Assembly (NCBI GenBank): GCA_964016885.1
Contig: OZ024742.1
Span: 230,144,001-230,208,000 of the forward strand
Origin: Eledone cirrhosa
Taxonomy: Eukaryota
Reading direction: 5' to 3'
Length of the DNA: 64,000 bases
The position numbers were made by a program, and so were the translations under genes. Positions 12,769-30,195 of this stretch are shown here, in pieces. A model generated the notes under the pieces. The model worked only from the letters and a program-made list of their open reading frames with translations, was not told where the DNA came from and did not search any database. How positions within the stretch are numbered: position 1 is the first letter of the stretch; every line of letters begins with the position of its first letter.

Positions 12769-12776
<8 letters not shown>
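11678..12776 (+). mobile_element. 5'-truncated PLE: GIY-YIG remnant between about 245-bp inverted pseudo-LTR arms
   Basis: Arms 11678-11922 and 12531-12776 are near-perfect reverse complements; the centre encodes RNVV*SIRC..C..TYIGETARSIGERIDQH..LYEH..RQIREA..PRLN. Confidence 0.9.
12524..12580 (+). ncRNA. Hammerhead ribozyme motif
   Basis: CTGACGA t-gttgca-gatg-tgcaac GAAA gatttatgataaac TA; good stem II, stem I poorly defined. Confidence 0.6.
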
Positions 12777-12843
<67 letters not shown>

Positions 12844-13140
12844 CATAATTGTATACACATATATATATATATATATATATAAAGAGAGATAGGGGGAGAG
12901 AGGGGGAGAGAAGCAGAAAATGATCGTGAATGAGAAAGAGTTAGAGAGAAGGAGGAATATGAATAGATAATTTATAGTCCCAACAGAGGACTCAATCCGT
13001 TTCGGATAGTTATCATGTGTGGATCGGAGAGGTCACTCCGTTGAAAGAATACCTTAGATTTATACCTACATTGCCACTTAATATTCCTCGTGAACTACAT
13101 TCATTTGCGTTTTCCCGGTCTTCGAACCTTGAACACTTCG

Positions 13141-13176
<36 letters not shown>

Positions 13177-13499
13177 AACACACACACCATGCACATGCAC
13201 AATCACGCACACACACACACATATATGTGTGTCGATATTGTTTACATTTAAATTACCTGAAAAATACAGTTGGTGGTTAGCAAGCCAGCCTTGACGCTAT
13301 TTAGTAGATCGAATATCTCAAGCCTTCGCTATTTGAATTAAGACAATATAGAATCAAAGAGATCTATTGACCTAGAATGGTTGCCAGCAGTGATACCAAA
13401 CATAAGCTCAACGGAAGGAAGTCAACTTCTATTGAAACGATGAAATACAGTCAATTACTTAGTTTACTTTCACTTTGAAGTCTTCACTTTATCATTCTA

Positions 13500-14458
13500 C
13501 TAGCTGACCCGTCCGGCTGGTTCCCGGCTAGGTATGCCCGCCCCCATCCCTCCACTGCCAAGATACCACACACCCTCCCGTGTCACATTGTCCTTCCGAA
13601 TCTCTCTCTCTCTCTCTCTCTCTCTCTCCCCCCCCCCCTCCTTCTGTTTTTCTGTCTCTCTCTCTGTAGATGTGTGTGTGTAGTTTTCCTAATCTTTCCC
13701 TAAATCTCTCTCTCTCTATGTGTGTATATATTGAAGGGAGATACGGAAACTAAAACAGTGTTGTCATATAGAGAGTGAAGAGCGACAGAGAAAGTAAAGC
13801 AGTTAAATTATAGAGAGGGGAATGATCTTACATACATACATACATATAAAGTATAGATATGTGTGCGTGTGTGTTTGTGTATGTGTATGTGTGTTTGTGC
13901 ATGTGTGTATGTGCATGTGTGTGTCTGTGTGTTTTGTTTTGATGTTATATTATGTGTGTGTTTTACTTATGCGAGCGACGACAGAAACTGTGTATTCGTG
14001 TGTGTGTGTGTGTGTATGTGCGTGTGTTACTTATGCGAGCGACGACAGAAAAACAGACGGTTGTCATATAGAGAGTGAAGAGAGACAGAGAGTAAAGCAG
14101 TTAAATTATAGAGAGGGTGAAAGAGGGAGAGAGAGAGAGAGAGAGAGACGACGCTCAACTTTCAAATATTTGGGTGTGAAGAGCGACAGAGAGTTACATT
14201 ATAGAGAGGGGGAATTATCTATTATAGAGAGAGGGAAGAGCGACGGAGAGACGACGCTCAACTTTATAATATGTGAGAGTGGAGAGCGACACAAAGAGTA
14301 AAGCAGTTAAATTATAGAGAGGCGGAATGATCTATTATAGAGAGAGGGAAGGGCTACGGAGAGAGTAAAGCTAACAAACTATAGAGAGGTGTGTAGGATA
14401 CATACATACATATACACATACATAATACACACGACACTCAGCTTTATAATATTATGGA
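13500..14458 (-). mobile_element. Non-autonomous Helitron-like element with internal tandem repeats
   Basis: Minus strand starts A|TCC, ends with a GC-rich hairpin then CTAG|T; internal repeated block gagagtgaagagcgacagagagtaaagcagttaaattatagagag. Confidence 0.6.
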
Positions 14459-14679
14459 TACCCAGTGAAATATGAACTTTGTTGCAAAGTATCTTATATA
14501 TTCTTAATTGATATTTAAGAGGTGATTAGTGTTCAATACTTAAGAGCAATGAAAAAGTATGGTGTGGATCTCTGCTGTAGCGAAGCTGAAATATTTCTAA
14601 TCAGTTTAGTCAATATGGCTTCTAAATATTGTATAAACATTTTTTACATTAAATTAAACTATATATGTATATATAAATA

Positions 14680-15050
14680 TGTGAACAGAGTATTAGGAAA
14701 TACTAAGCAAGATATGTTGAAGACATATGTATTACACGATATGGTTTTAACAAGTGTTTCAATGCAATTATGTAATCACCTACGAGAGCTGAAATATCAC
14801 ATACTCTGTAATATGCATTGTTTAATTTACATTAGCATTTCAGCAGAGAGGTCTGTAGGAAAACTCCCTGATGAGATGCTAATGTAAATTATGCAAAGCG
14901 AGATAATGGAATATAAAACGTAATATTTCAGGTCTCGTCGACGATTTCATAATTATATTGAAAGACGAGTTAGAGACCATATTGTGTAATAAAACCATCT
15001 TCGAATTTCATCAAATCTTGCCTAGCTTTTCGTAGCACCCTCATAATATC
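14680..15050. repeat. Old diverged inverted repeat (about 170-bp arms) with hammerhead-like cores
   Basis: taatttacattagcatttcagcagagag versus ctccctgatgagatgctaatgtaaatta at the centre, with homology continuing outward. Confidence 0.6.
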
Positions 15051-15075
15051 ATATGTATATATATATATATATATA

Positions 15076-16132
<1,057 letters not shown>

Positions 16133-16569
16133 TTTCTCCTGCCGAAGAAGGTTTGGCCGTGTGCCTAAATCAGAGATTATTTTATTATAGCCGTGCCAAG
16201 TGACACGGGAGATAAGAAGGGAGACCAGAGAGAAAAAATAGAGAGGTTAGCGAAAAAAGAGAAATACAAGAGAGAGGTGGGGGAGAAGAGTGAACGTATG
16301 TCGAGACAATATAAACAGTGATTAAGGAAAAGATATAACAGTTGCGGACGTGTTGGGAAAGAATCAAGTAGTAATTCTCGTAATAATTAATGTAAATTAG
16401 AGTCAACATGTAGAGACTAGAGTTGAAGGTACTGTTTCATTAATTTGATATATGTCACTGTTTTAATATGTAAATATGCTACAGTTTATGTAATAGTTTA
16501 TTTACCAAGAAAGAGAATACAGAGTACCAGATGGATCATCTGGAAGCCAAACCTATTATGTATTGCAAT

Positions 16570-16758
16570 AATTGTTTCTACTTTTGGCACAAGGCCAGCA
16601 ATTTCCCAGTGCCTTACTGGTACTTTATTTTATCGAACCCGTAAGGATGAAAGGCAAAGTTAACCTCGGCGGGATTTGAACTCAGAATGGCAAGGGCCGT
16701 AACTCGATGCGTCAAAGCATGGCGTCCGACCCTCTACCGATACTGCCAATCCACCGCC
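16570..16758 (-). mobile_element. Full-length SINE A with target-site duplication
   Basis: Boxes A/B and body intact; tatgtattgcaataat at 16557-16572 and 16768-16783. Confidence 0.9.
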
Positions 16759-17478
16759 ATATATATATATGTATTGCAATAATGTCGTAAAGGGACGCCC
16801 TCTCATCCTTTTAATGTGCAGATATATTACAGTATATTTTAAAATATATTTACCAGTAAAAGTAATATGTTACTGGCTGGAATCTCCATAGAACCTATGT
16901 ACCATACTCCATGACGCATCTCGTATCATCAATAAACTTTGGTTATTCAACAACAGTTACCATATTGAACACAATTAACCGGTAAGCTGTGTCTTTTATT
17001 TTTGTTTCGCATATTCATTTTACACTAACGTGAATTAGCCTACATAACACGATTGTATGCGTAATCACATACTTATGCACGCGCCTAAATCCTATAAAAG
17101 ATACTTTAATGCCCTCATCATTATTTACGTTTACTATTATTAATAACTTCTGTCATTTACGTTTAATAATTCTATTTACATTCTTCTCAATCTCCGGACA
17201 TGAAAATCATTCGGTTATTCTAAATAGAATATTAGTCCAATGATTTCATTTATAGCATAAATGTTTTTGTCTTTGCAAGAAATTGTTCTTCTCGCTCCAC
17301 ATATTGACGTAATTTTTCTCGCAATTTTTGGACCATTGCCAGAGAACGTCTTCATGAACCAACGTATCATTTTTTCCTGTTTTCCTTCTGTTGTAACGTT
17401 TATTTTTATATTTACTTCTGCGTGCACAGATTGCTTTTTTTTTCCAGTTTCAAAAGAACCCGTTAAGGGTCAAAACAG

Positions 17479-17548
<70 letters not shown>

Positions 17549-17651
17549 ATAATAATGAATTTGAAGACTAATATCCAAAGAGGGCTCGATAAGGATAGAG
17601 CAAATATTTATTAAAATAACAGATTAAAGTTTAAGCAGATTGATTTTTTTT

Positions 17652-17699
17652 GTTTCAGAAGATCCCGTTAAGGGCGAAAGCACCGATTCTTTGCTTAAC
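17652..17699 (+). ncRNA. Hammerhead-like motif with CAGAAGA core
   Basis: gttt CAGAAGA tccc-gttaa-gggc GAAA gca-ccgattctt-tgc TT aac; second copy at 30839-30887. Confidence 0.55.
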
Positions 17700-17717
17700 T
17701 TTAATTTGTTATTTTCA

Positions 17718-20250
<2,533 letters not shown>

Positions 20251-20266
20251 TATATATATATATACG

Positions 20267-20306
<40 letters not shown>

Positions 20307-20415
20307 AGTGTGTGTGTGTGTGTTTGTGTGTCTGCGTGTGTCTGTGTTTGTGTGTGTTGTATGCAAACATATTCATGCAAATATGACCATGTTATATGTT
20401 ATATATGTTATATAT

Positions 20416-20603
20416 GGGCGGTGGATTGGCAGTATCGGTAGAGGGTCAGACACCATGCTTTCCAGCATAGTTACGTCCCTTTACGATCTGAGTTCAAATC
20501 CCGCCGAGGTTCACTTTGCCTTTTATCCTTACGGGGTCGATATAATAAAGTACCAGTAATGCACTAGGTCATTGCTGGCCTTGTGCCTAAACTAGAAACA
20601 GTT
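20416..20603 (+). mobile_element. Full-length SINE A
   Basis: ggcggtggattggcagtatcggtagag..gagttcaaatcccgccgagg..tagaaacagtt. Confidence 0.9.
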
Positions 20604-21007
20604 ATGTATGTTATATGTTATTACGTAGATAAAATCGACACATCGTAGTAGTTCTTAATTTCTTTCCTCTTACATGGTGTGTCACATATGCACATGATTA
20701 AATAATGTTCCAGTCTTCCCTTCTTAATGTTGTATTATCCTTATTATCTTTCCAACATTCAAATCTGAAGTACTCTGCTATTAGCCATCCCTTCCATATA
20801 TTCCAATCTTGTAATTTCCCACACTATCTACATCCGTTTTCCGCTAATCTGAAATGTTGAGCTTGTAATCCTCCACACACACACACACACATATATATAT
20901 CTATACATACGTTTATACATATATATTACACACACACATAAATATATATATGTATATATATATATATATGTATACATATATACATATAAACATATATTAT
21001 ATATATA

Positions 21008-21403
<396 letters not shown>

Positions 21404-21441
21404 TATATATTTATATATATATATTTATATATATATATATT

Positions 21442-21480
<39 letters not shown>

Positions 21481-21506
21481 TTATAATATAATAATAATAA
21501 TAATAA

Positions 21507-23394
21507 CGATTTCATTTATTAGCCACCAGGGCCGACATGTAGGGGACAATACAAAGACAGGGGACAGTGGGGTTTACAATAAGGTGGAGTAAAAGTGCAC
21601 AATGGCAAGACTAATTTAACAATGAAAATATAAAAATATAAAATAAACTATGCATAAACATAACAAAATAAATACCCCGATAGGGGGTGTACGACCCTAG
21701 GGTGCTTCAGGTACCCCACCAATCCTGAAACCACCCTGCGCTTCTAGGGAACCCAGGGAGTACACCCCTCTCCTCAAGTTAGCTAGCCTATAGGCGCATG
21801 GTCAGAGTAGGCCCATTCATACGAGCCAATCTCGCCATATTCACCCACATTTTAGCAAATGTACTAGGTGGCAGCACTTCTCTCTCCACCCTCACCTTGC
21901 TTTCCAGGTGAAACTTGAAGAAGGTGATGAGGGATTGGCCGAAGAGAAAAGTGTCTGTCTTTAGTCCTTTCAACCTGGTCCACCATATAATCTCTTTCGC
22001 AACTGCCACCAGACAGAGGAAAATTTCCTGCTCTTCCTGACCTAAGGAAGGCGGTGGATCGATCTTCACTATGGACTCGGCCGATAGCCGGATTCGTTCC
22101 ACACGCGACAGTAGCTGTTCGACATAACTCCACAAGTCAGTAATGCACGGACATTGGACAAGTGCGTGCAGAACGGTTTCGTCGCTCTGTGCGCATCTTG
22201 GGCAGGTCCGTCTGACAGTACTTCCGTGCCTGTAGAGTTTATCCCGAAACGGCAGTGCCCCCGGTAGCACTGCCAAGCCAGGGATTTCTGGAAATTGTCC
22301 ATCGTCCCCGGCTCAAAAGTCCTCCGGTACAGACTGGTCAGTTCGACTTCGTCGAGGCCCAAAGCTTCTCCGCGTGCGTCATCGCATATGCCCACCACTA
22401 ATCCTCTATAGAACTCGAGAGTGGAAGTTCCACTGATAGCATTGCCCGCTTGGTAGAGGGCAGTGAGTGCCTGGCAACATTCCAGGTGCCAGTCACCCAG
22501 TCTCGGTCTCTTCTTGACCCAGGACTGCAGCTCAGTCAAAGAAATGAGCTGCGGAAAGGCCCATCTGATAAACGGCGACCACACCTGCTCACCGTTGAGG
22601 CAGAATATCTGGAGATGTCGCAGCCTCAACGCATGTCTGCGCATCATTAGCCACGGCATGCCTAGCCCTCCGCGTAGAGGGTGCTGGCAGCAGATGGACC
22701 GCCTCACCAACGGAACTTGTCCCCTCCACAAGAATTTGAAGAGGAGCCGTTCCAGCTTGACGAGGCGTGGACGGGGGCAAGGCACGACGGTCAGGCGGTA
22801 GTAGATGACGGACGCGATGTACGCATTCGCCATCTCCGCGCGACCTTTCAGTGATAGCCTCCTCCCAGCCCATTTTTGGGTGAGACTGGCTACTCTGCTC
22901 GTTACTTCGTCCCAATTCTTTTCCACCTGGAGGTCTGGTCCGAACCAAACCCCAAGCACCTTTACCGGTCCGTCCGTCCAGCGCCCCACGACGCTGTTGG
23001 GCGGCATGGGCTTGCCTCTCCAGGTTCCGAGCTGCAAGCCCACCGACTTCTCCGGGTTAAGTTTGGCTCCTGTCAACCTTTCATATTCCTTCAATAAGGT
23101 GCCGACCACCTCGATTTCTGAGGTGTTCGACACCATCACGGTGATGTCGTCCGCATAAGCCGACACCGCCTTTCCACGTCCCGGTCCGAGCGGGATGCCC
23201 TGCAACAGCTCCAGCTTCCGCAGTAAAGGCTCGAGAGTCAATACGTACAGAAGGGAAGAGAGAGGGCACCCTTGACGGACCGATCGGGAGAGCCGAAATG
23301 GTTCCGAGAGGTGGCCATTAACCTTGACCACCGAGCATGTGTCGCTGTGCATTGCATGATCCAGCTTCTAAAGTCAGGGCCGAAGCCAGCTGCT

Positions 23395-23395
<1 letters not shown>
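21507..23395 (-). mobile_element. 5'-truncated Tx1/L1-type LINE (RT C-terminal half plus zinc finger)
   Basis: SVRQGCPLS, SAYADD, VKVLGVWF, GGLG, CPRC..ETVLHALVQC; 3' UTR ends in (TTA)n. Confidence 0.92.
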
Positions 23396-23457
<62 letters not shown>

Positions 23458-23458
<1 letters not shown>

Positions 23459-25235
23459 TATACTGCATCGCACTTATACCATTAAGTAAAATGCTCAATG
23501 AAACAAAACATGGATATAAAGACTATGACAAAACCATTAATCACTTGTTCTACATGGATGACCTGAAACTATTTGCAAAAAATGATGAACAATTGCAAGG
23601 GCTATTATCCACTGTGGAGCAGTTCAGTGTTGACATTTAAATGGAGTTTGGACTAGATAAATGCGCCAAAGCAACGTTCACCAGAGGAAAGCTGCTGAAA
23701 AGTTTAGACATTAAACTTGATCGAGGGAATGTGATGAGAGAACTTGATCAAGAGGAAACAAGAGAAACAAATATCTAGGTGTTTGTGAAGGAGACGGAAT
23801 CAAGTACCCGACAATGAGGGAAAGGATAAGGAAGGAATGTTACCGCAGAGTAAGAGCAATCTTAAGAACGGAATTGAATGCAAGGAATAGGATCGATGCC
23901 ATAAACACGCTTGCCATACCAGTAGTAACCTACAGTTACAATGTCATCAACTGGTCAAGCACAGAGATCCGTAGGCTCGATACAAAAATTCGAAAATCCT
24001 TAACCATGCACAGAATGCATCACCCTAAGGCAGATATAGATAGAATATATCTCCCTAGGAAAGAAGGAGGACGTGGGTTAATCCAGTTAGACATTGCGTT
24101 GAAAACTGCAACAATTAGATTATCAACATATCTAAGGGAATCACATGATTGGATGATCAAACTCGTTTTGAAACACGAAAGCATCAAAAGATCATACTCC
24201 ATTACAAAAGATGCACAAAGATACAGTAATGGACTACACATTTCAGAAGTCCCATTTACTGCTGAAATGGAAAACACAGAAAAAGCAAAGCAGGTAAAAG
24301 TAACTGCAAAGAAAGAACTGCTACAGAAACTGGCTAAGAAATGGCAAGAAAAGCCTCTGTATGGAAAATACCCAGAACGAGCTAACAATCCTGATGTTGA
24401 CAAAACTTTAACCCATCAGTGGTTGGCATCCTCTGGACTGAAATCGGAGACTGAAGGACTGATTATATAAGCACAAGATCAGTGTCTGCCAACAAAAATT
24501 TACCAAGCCAATATAATAAAAAATGGATGCAGCCCATTATACCGTGTATGTAAAAAACAACCAGAGACCATTGACTATATAATTTCAATGTGCAGTCCTA
24601 TAGCTCCAACCGAATACCTAAACAGGCATGACAGAGCTGCACAATACATACATTGGATAATGTGTAAGCATTTTGACCTGCCCCATCAAAAGAATTGGTG
24701 GGAGCATCAACCACCTCCCATACTTGAAAAAGAAAAAGATCACACATCAATCTTGTGGAACTTTAGCATCCAAACAGACCGAAAAATAGATGCAAATAGA
24801 CCTGATATAATATTGAAGGACTTTAAAAAGAGGGTATGCCTGCTAATTGATATGTCCGTTCCAATAGACAAGAATGTATCTATAAATACATTTGAAAAAT
24901 TGAGCAAGTATAAGGACCTGGAGATAGAAATTGGAAAAATGTGGAAATTGAGAACTAAAACAATACCAGTGGTTGTAGGTGCTCTAGGAATGATACCTAA
25001 GGGGTCTAATGATTACTTATCGCAAATCCCAGGAAACCCGCGTATAGGAGAAATACAAAAGATAGTACTAATGGGAACTAAGGAAGATTCTGTCAATATA
25101 AGTACATCACAAGTCTAAACACTAAAGATGCATGTGTGAGTATGTATGTTCTTTCTTGAACATGGCGGACCTTGTTGTCTCTTGAGGTCACTTGGTGATA
25201 ACTCGTATGAACATAAAGCAAGATAAATGCAGCTG
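23458..25235 (+). mobile_element. 5'-truncated R4/Dong-type LINE with restriction-like endonuclease
   Basis: HLFYMDDLKLF, EFGLDKC, LPRKEGGRGL, LKSETEG, YLNRHD, RPDII..LIDMSVP..EKLSKYKDL; (TAA)n on both flanks. Confidence 0.9.
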
Positions 25236-25501
25236 TAATAATAATAATAATAATAATGTTTTCTTTATTAACCACAAGGGTTTACATAAAGTAGACATTA
25301 AGGACAGTACAGGACAATACAGGACGGTACAAATGGGCATCTCTGCGTGTAAAAAAACAGAGGATGTAATAAAAATAACAATGAAAAATTCCCCAATAGG
25401 GGGGAGACTTCAGAGGGATATTTGTGGAGAAAGCCCATTAAAAGACCACAGTGACCCTGACCACCAGGGCAAGTGCCCTCTCCCAGTTTTCCACCTTTAA
25501 T

Positions 25502-28240
25502 TTACAGACACATACTCAGAGTAGGCCCATTCACTCGGGCCATGCTTTCCTCTCTCACCCATCTTTCAACAAAATGCTGGGAAGAGAGCACTTCCCTCTC
25601 TACGCTGATTTTCCTTTTCAAATGAAATTTGAAAAAGTTAATCAGGGCATCACCGAAGAGGTAAGTGCTCGTCTTCATTCCTTTCAAACGTGTCCACCAT
25701 ACTATCTCTTTTGCCATGGCCACCAGACAGATAAAAACTGCCTGCCCTTCCCAGCTAAAGGAAGAGGGCGGGGCAATCCTCACGATGGACTCAGCTGATA
25801 GCTGGATCCGTCCTACACGTGACAGCAGGTGTTCGACATAAACCCAGAAGTCAGCAATGCTCGGACACTGGACGAGTGTGTGCAGGACGGTTTCGTCGCC
25901 CTGCGCGCATCTCAGACATGCCCGGCTGACGGCACCCCATGCCTGTAGAGTTTATCCCGAACTGGCAAAGCTCCTCGGTAGCACTGCCAGGCCTGGGATT
26001 TCTGGAAGTTGTCCATAAGCCCCGGCCCGAAAGTCCTTCCGAAGAGATTGGCTAGTTGATTTTCGTCGACGCCTAGAGTTTCTCCAAGTACGTCGTCGCT
26101 CTTCCCCTCCACTAATCCCCTATAGAACGCCAAGGTGGAGTTTCCACCGATCACATTGCCCGATTGGTCAATTCCAGTCTCCAAGCGCTCCCTCTCGATG
26201 TTTGCTTGACCCAGGACTGCAGCTCCGTCAAGGAGACGAGCTGGGGAAAGACGTGTCTAGCAAACAGCGACCACACCTGATCACCGCCGAGGAAGAGGTG
26301 GAGATGGCGTAGACTGAGCGCGTGACTGCACATCATCAGCCACGGCATGCCCAGCCCTCCACGTAGCGGGTGTTGACAGCAGATGGACCGCCTGACCATC
26401 GGAGCGCGTTCCTTCCACAAAAAGCGAAAGAGCAAACGCTCCAGCGCAGTCAGGCGGGGCTTAGGACAAGGTACGATGGTCAGGCGGTAGTAGATGATGG
26501 ACGCGATGTAAGCGTTACCCACCTCCAATTGACCTTTCAGGGATAGCTTCCTCTCGGCCCATTTCTGGGTGAGAGAAGCCATCCTGCTCGTCACCTCGTC
26601 CCAGTTTTTGTCCGTCTGGAGGTCCGGACCAAACCAGACCCCTAGCAATTTAACCGGTCTGTCCGACCAGCGCCCGACGACGCTGTTGGACGGCATGGAC
26701 CTGCCTCTCCAGGTGCCGAGCTGCAGGTCCACTGACTTTTCCTGGTTGATCATTGCTCCTGTCACCGCTTTGTATTCTCTTAGTGTAGTGCCGATCGCCT
26801 CGATGTGTTTGGCGTTAGACACCGCATATGCTGACACGGATCTTCCGCATCCTAGTTCGCGCGGGACGCCCCTCAACGTCTCCAGTTTGTGCAGTAATGG
26901 CTCGAGAGTCAATACGTACAAGAGGGACGAGAGGGGACATCCTTGGCGGACCGAGCGCATGATGTTGAACGGTTCTGACAGGTGACCGTTCACTCTCACC
27001 ACAGAGCAGATGTCGCTGTGCATGGCAGCGATCCAGCCTCTGAAGACGGGCCCAAAGCCAGCCGCCCCCAGGACTGCCGCTAGGTAACGATGGTCGACCC
27101 TATCGAAAGATTTCGACTGATCTAAATTGATCAAGGACCCACCCGTGCCAGGTTTCCTAGCTACCCTCTCTATGATGTATCGCATGAGGTGGATGTTGTG
27201 GTTGGCTCTGTCGGGAATGGCGCATGTCTGCGCCTCTCCCACCAGACCACCAACGACAAGCGCCAACCTCTTTGCTAGCACCTTGGCCAAAATCTTGAAC
27301 TCTGTGTTTAGCAGAGTTATGGGCCGGAAAATATCTGTTATCCCCCTTGTTCGGATCTTTTCTCAGCAGTGCCACCGCTCCTCGGCTCACAGAACTGGGA
27401 ATTCTCCCGTTCTGTTGCCAGTTCCAGTAGACGTCCGCCAAGAGGCCTCCGAACAAGTCTGGCATCTGTACGTAAAGTTCATAGGGCAGACCATCCAAAC
27501 CAGTCGATTTACCCCTTGTGCAGCCAGTCATTGCCTCCCGTACTTCAGATCACGAATTTGTGGTCCGTGTAGCTGACTATCTTGAATTGTGGACAGCCTA
27601 TGCTAGACCTATCTATTTCCCTACAAAATACTCTATCTAGATATGATATGGATGACCCTATACGATTTGTCCAAGTCCACATTGGCACATTCGGGAAATC
27701 CAATCGGTACCTGTCAGACAGTTCAAAACGCCTGAGCAGGTTGGTGAGACTCGTGCACCCTCCTCCCCTATCCACTAATCCCACACAGTCCCAGCGTGCA
27801 TCTAAGATCCCGTTCCAGTCGCCCACTAACACTAAAGATCGGGACGTTCCAAGAAAGGTCTCCAGACGCCGGAAGAAATCAGGCCGCCCTGCTCCTGTCG
27901 GGGCATAGACGGCCACTAACCTGAAAGCTTGCCCGTCTCCGCTGGTCACGTCCAGCACCACCAACTTACCTTCAGGGTCCAGGAAGATGGCCCGTATGGC
28001 AAGATCCAAACCTCTCCGAAAAAGCACAGCAAGTCCTCCCCCCGATCCCGGACGGCTGGGAAATGCGTAAACATCGTAGCCTCCGAAGATCGGTGCGAAG
28101 GCCCGTGCTTCGGAGATTCTGGTGTCGCTGATGGCCACTACATCTATGTTTAGTGACCTGAGGTCGTTGAGCAGGTGGCGCTGCTTCCATGACGACCCCA
28201 AGCCACGCGCATTCATGCTGCCTATTCTGAGTGAGGTCAT
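25502..28240 (-). pseudogene. LINE ORF2: APE endonuclease plus RT plus zinc finger
   Basis: GSMNARGL, VYAP, GDWN, YLDRVF, TDHK; GKSTGLDGLPYE, DQSKSFDRVDH, VRQGCPLS; the catalytic DD is deleted (SAYA-VSN) and the EN-RT linker is missing near 27545. Confidence 0.92.
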
Positions 28241-28339
28241 GTTGAAATGGAGTGGAAAAGATGGGAAAGACCACTTACCTTACTTCTCGCAGAGGAAGGA
28301 TGATTTCTCCATCCCTTTTCACTTGATCGTCTGGTGAAG

Positions 28340-30195
28340 GGACCGTTGAATCGTCCCTTAGGCTGGTTGTCGGCTCTTCTGTGAGTATATCCGAGTATAC
28401 CCTGCGGTTGAGTGTCCCTCCTAGGTCTCTGAAATCACCAACTGCGTTGAGGAATTTCGTTTTAATGTTTGTCTATTGTTTCTGTGCTATTCTTACCAGT
28501 CTTATGTTCGTTGGTGTTTTGATTGGTGCTGGTATTATGTAGTCGTGCTGTGAAATGTCTGTGTGTTCAATTATGTAAGTCATTAGTTTCTTGTTGTGTG
28601 TATTTATTGCTGTGCATTTGTTTTTCTGGCGGTGGGGTGTGGTTCTGCTATTTTCTTGTCGTTGTTGCTGGGTATCTGTGTTTTGTTGTGTTTGCGATGT
28701 TGGAGCTTGTGGTGGTAGTGTTGAAGGTGTTGTTGTTGTTGGCGGTGGGGTTTCCGCCGGTCGTCATGGTGGTGGTAGTGTGGTTGGTGATGGTGTTGGT
28801 GGTGTTGCTGTTGTAAGTCTTTTTGCAGTAGCCTTTACACTTTTTTCGTTTCTTTCCTCCCTTTTCGAAGGCGGCGATGCGCTGCCTCTGCGTTTGGGAC
28901 TTCTTGCGACCTTTTGCCATCCCTCTCCCACCTCACACTCCATGTCCGATTCTGTGAGGTCGGGGAGGGGTACCAGCTCCACTCTTTCACTTGTTGTTGT
29001 TGGTGATGTTTGCAGTGGAGTCTCTGTTGCAGCTGCAGTTTATATTGCTGTTGTTAATACTTCCACTGCTGCTGCTGTTCTTGATTTCCGTGGCGTGGGT
29101 ATGGGTGCCACGGACCTATCCTTCCTGGTTGCCGCCTGTCCTGTACAGTGGAGCCGGTTTCGAAAGTGCGGGGGGGGGTCTTCTTTCTCAGGGTCTTCTC
29201 ATTGCAGAAGGCCCTGAGGTGAGTCTTCCATCCACAGCGAAAGCATTTCGGGCGTTTGCCCTCAACACTTATGGGCAGTTGAGTGCCGTTATCGAAGTCT
29301 ATCACATCCGGGATAGCTTCTATGCACTCCTGGTTGGTTTGGATTAACATCTCAATGGAGGTGCTGACCCAATCTTCTCGTACTTTTTTCTGTACTTCCA
29401 GTACAGTTGTTTTGTCCTCGATTCCGACGAGGACAGACGCGGCCATCACAGTTTGACCCTCACAATTTTTTGTCCGCAGTAGGAGGGCACCAACACCATT
29501 TCCTCGCTCCTTAGTGTCACTAAGGATTGAGCCTTTGACTCCTGGGGTGTGGAAAAAAGCACGTCCACGGTGGCATATTTCTTGCCTCGGGTGATATGCG
29601 TTTTCCGCTGCCACACAGACCCTAAGCCTTTTTGTATTTGAGCCTCTGTGGCTCTTTCAACCCTACGGGATTTTGTGCTTACTGTACGGTACGTGACCGT
29701 ACAGTGCTGTTGGGTTTCGAAAAATTTTTCGGCTGCCCTGCAGATTGCTCGGTGTCCGGTTTTCGTCACCATCTTCTTTGCTTCCTGTAATTCTTCATTT
29801 GTTATAAGGATGGTTTCCCGGTTCTTTGCGATACCTGCAAACGAGATTGGTTTTTCTTTGTTGTTGTTGTTGTCGTCTTCAGAGCTGCTGTTACTTTGTT
29901 TGTTGCTGTTGGTACTACGACTGCCGCCGCCGCAGTTGCTGGGGTTGTTGTTGTTGTTGCTGCTGCTGCTGCTGTTGTTGTTGCTGTTGCTGCTAATGCT
30001 GTTGTTGTTTATGCTGCTGATGGGGCTGTTGCGGCTGCTACTGTTGTTTTCCTTGTCACTGTTGCTGCTGCTGTTGTTATTACGGCTGCTACTGCTATTA
30101 TTCATGACGTCAGACGAATGAAATGGGTTTCCGTATTTACTGCACACATTTTTCGTCGTTGTCGTCGTCGTGGAGAAATATTCCACGTTTTGCAC
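28340..30195 (-). pseudogene. LINE ORF1 (gag-like zinc knuckle), frameshifted
   Basis: CFRCGWKTHLRAFC is CX2CX4HX4C; N/S-rich low-complexity N terminus. Confidence 0.8.

Noticed and set aside
13740-14400. Repeat-spacer pattern resembling a CRISPR array
   Set aside because: Units are irregular degenerate tandem repeats inside a Helitron-like element in eukaryotic DNA, with no cas genes
20416-20510. tRNA gene suggested by box A and box B
   Set aside because: It is the head of a multicopy SINE; no cloverleaf or acceptor stem is evident
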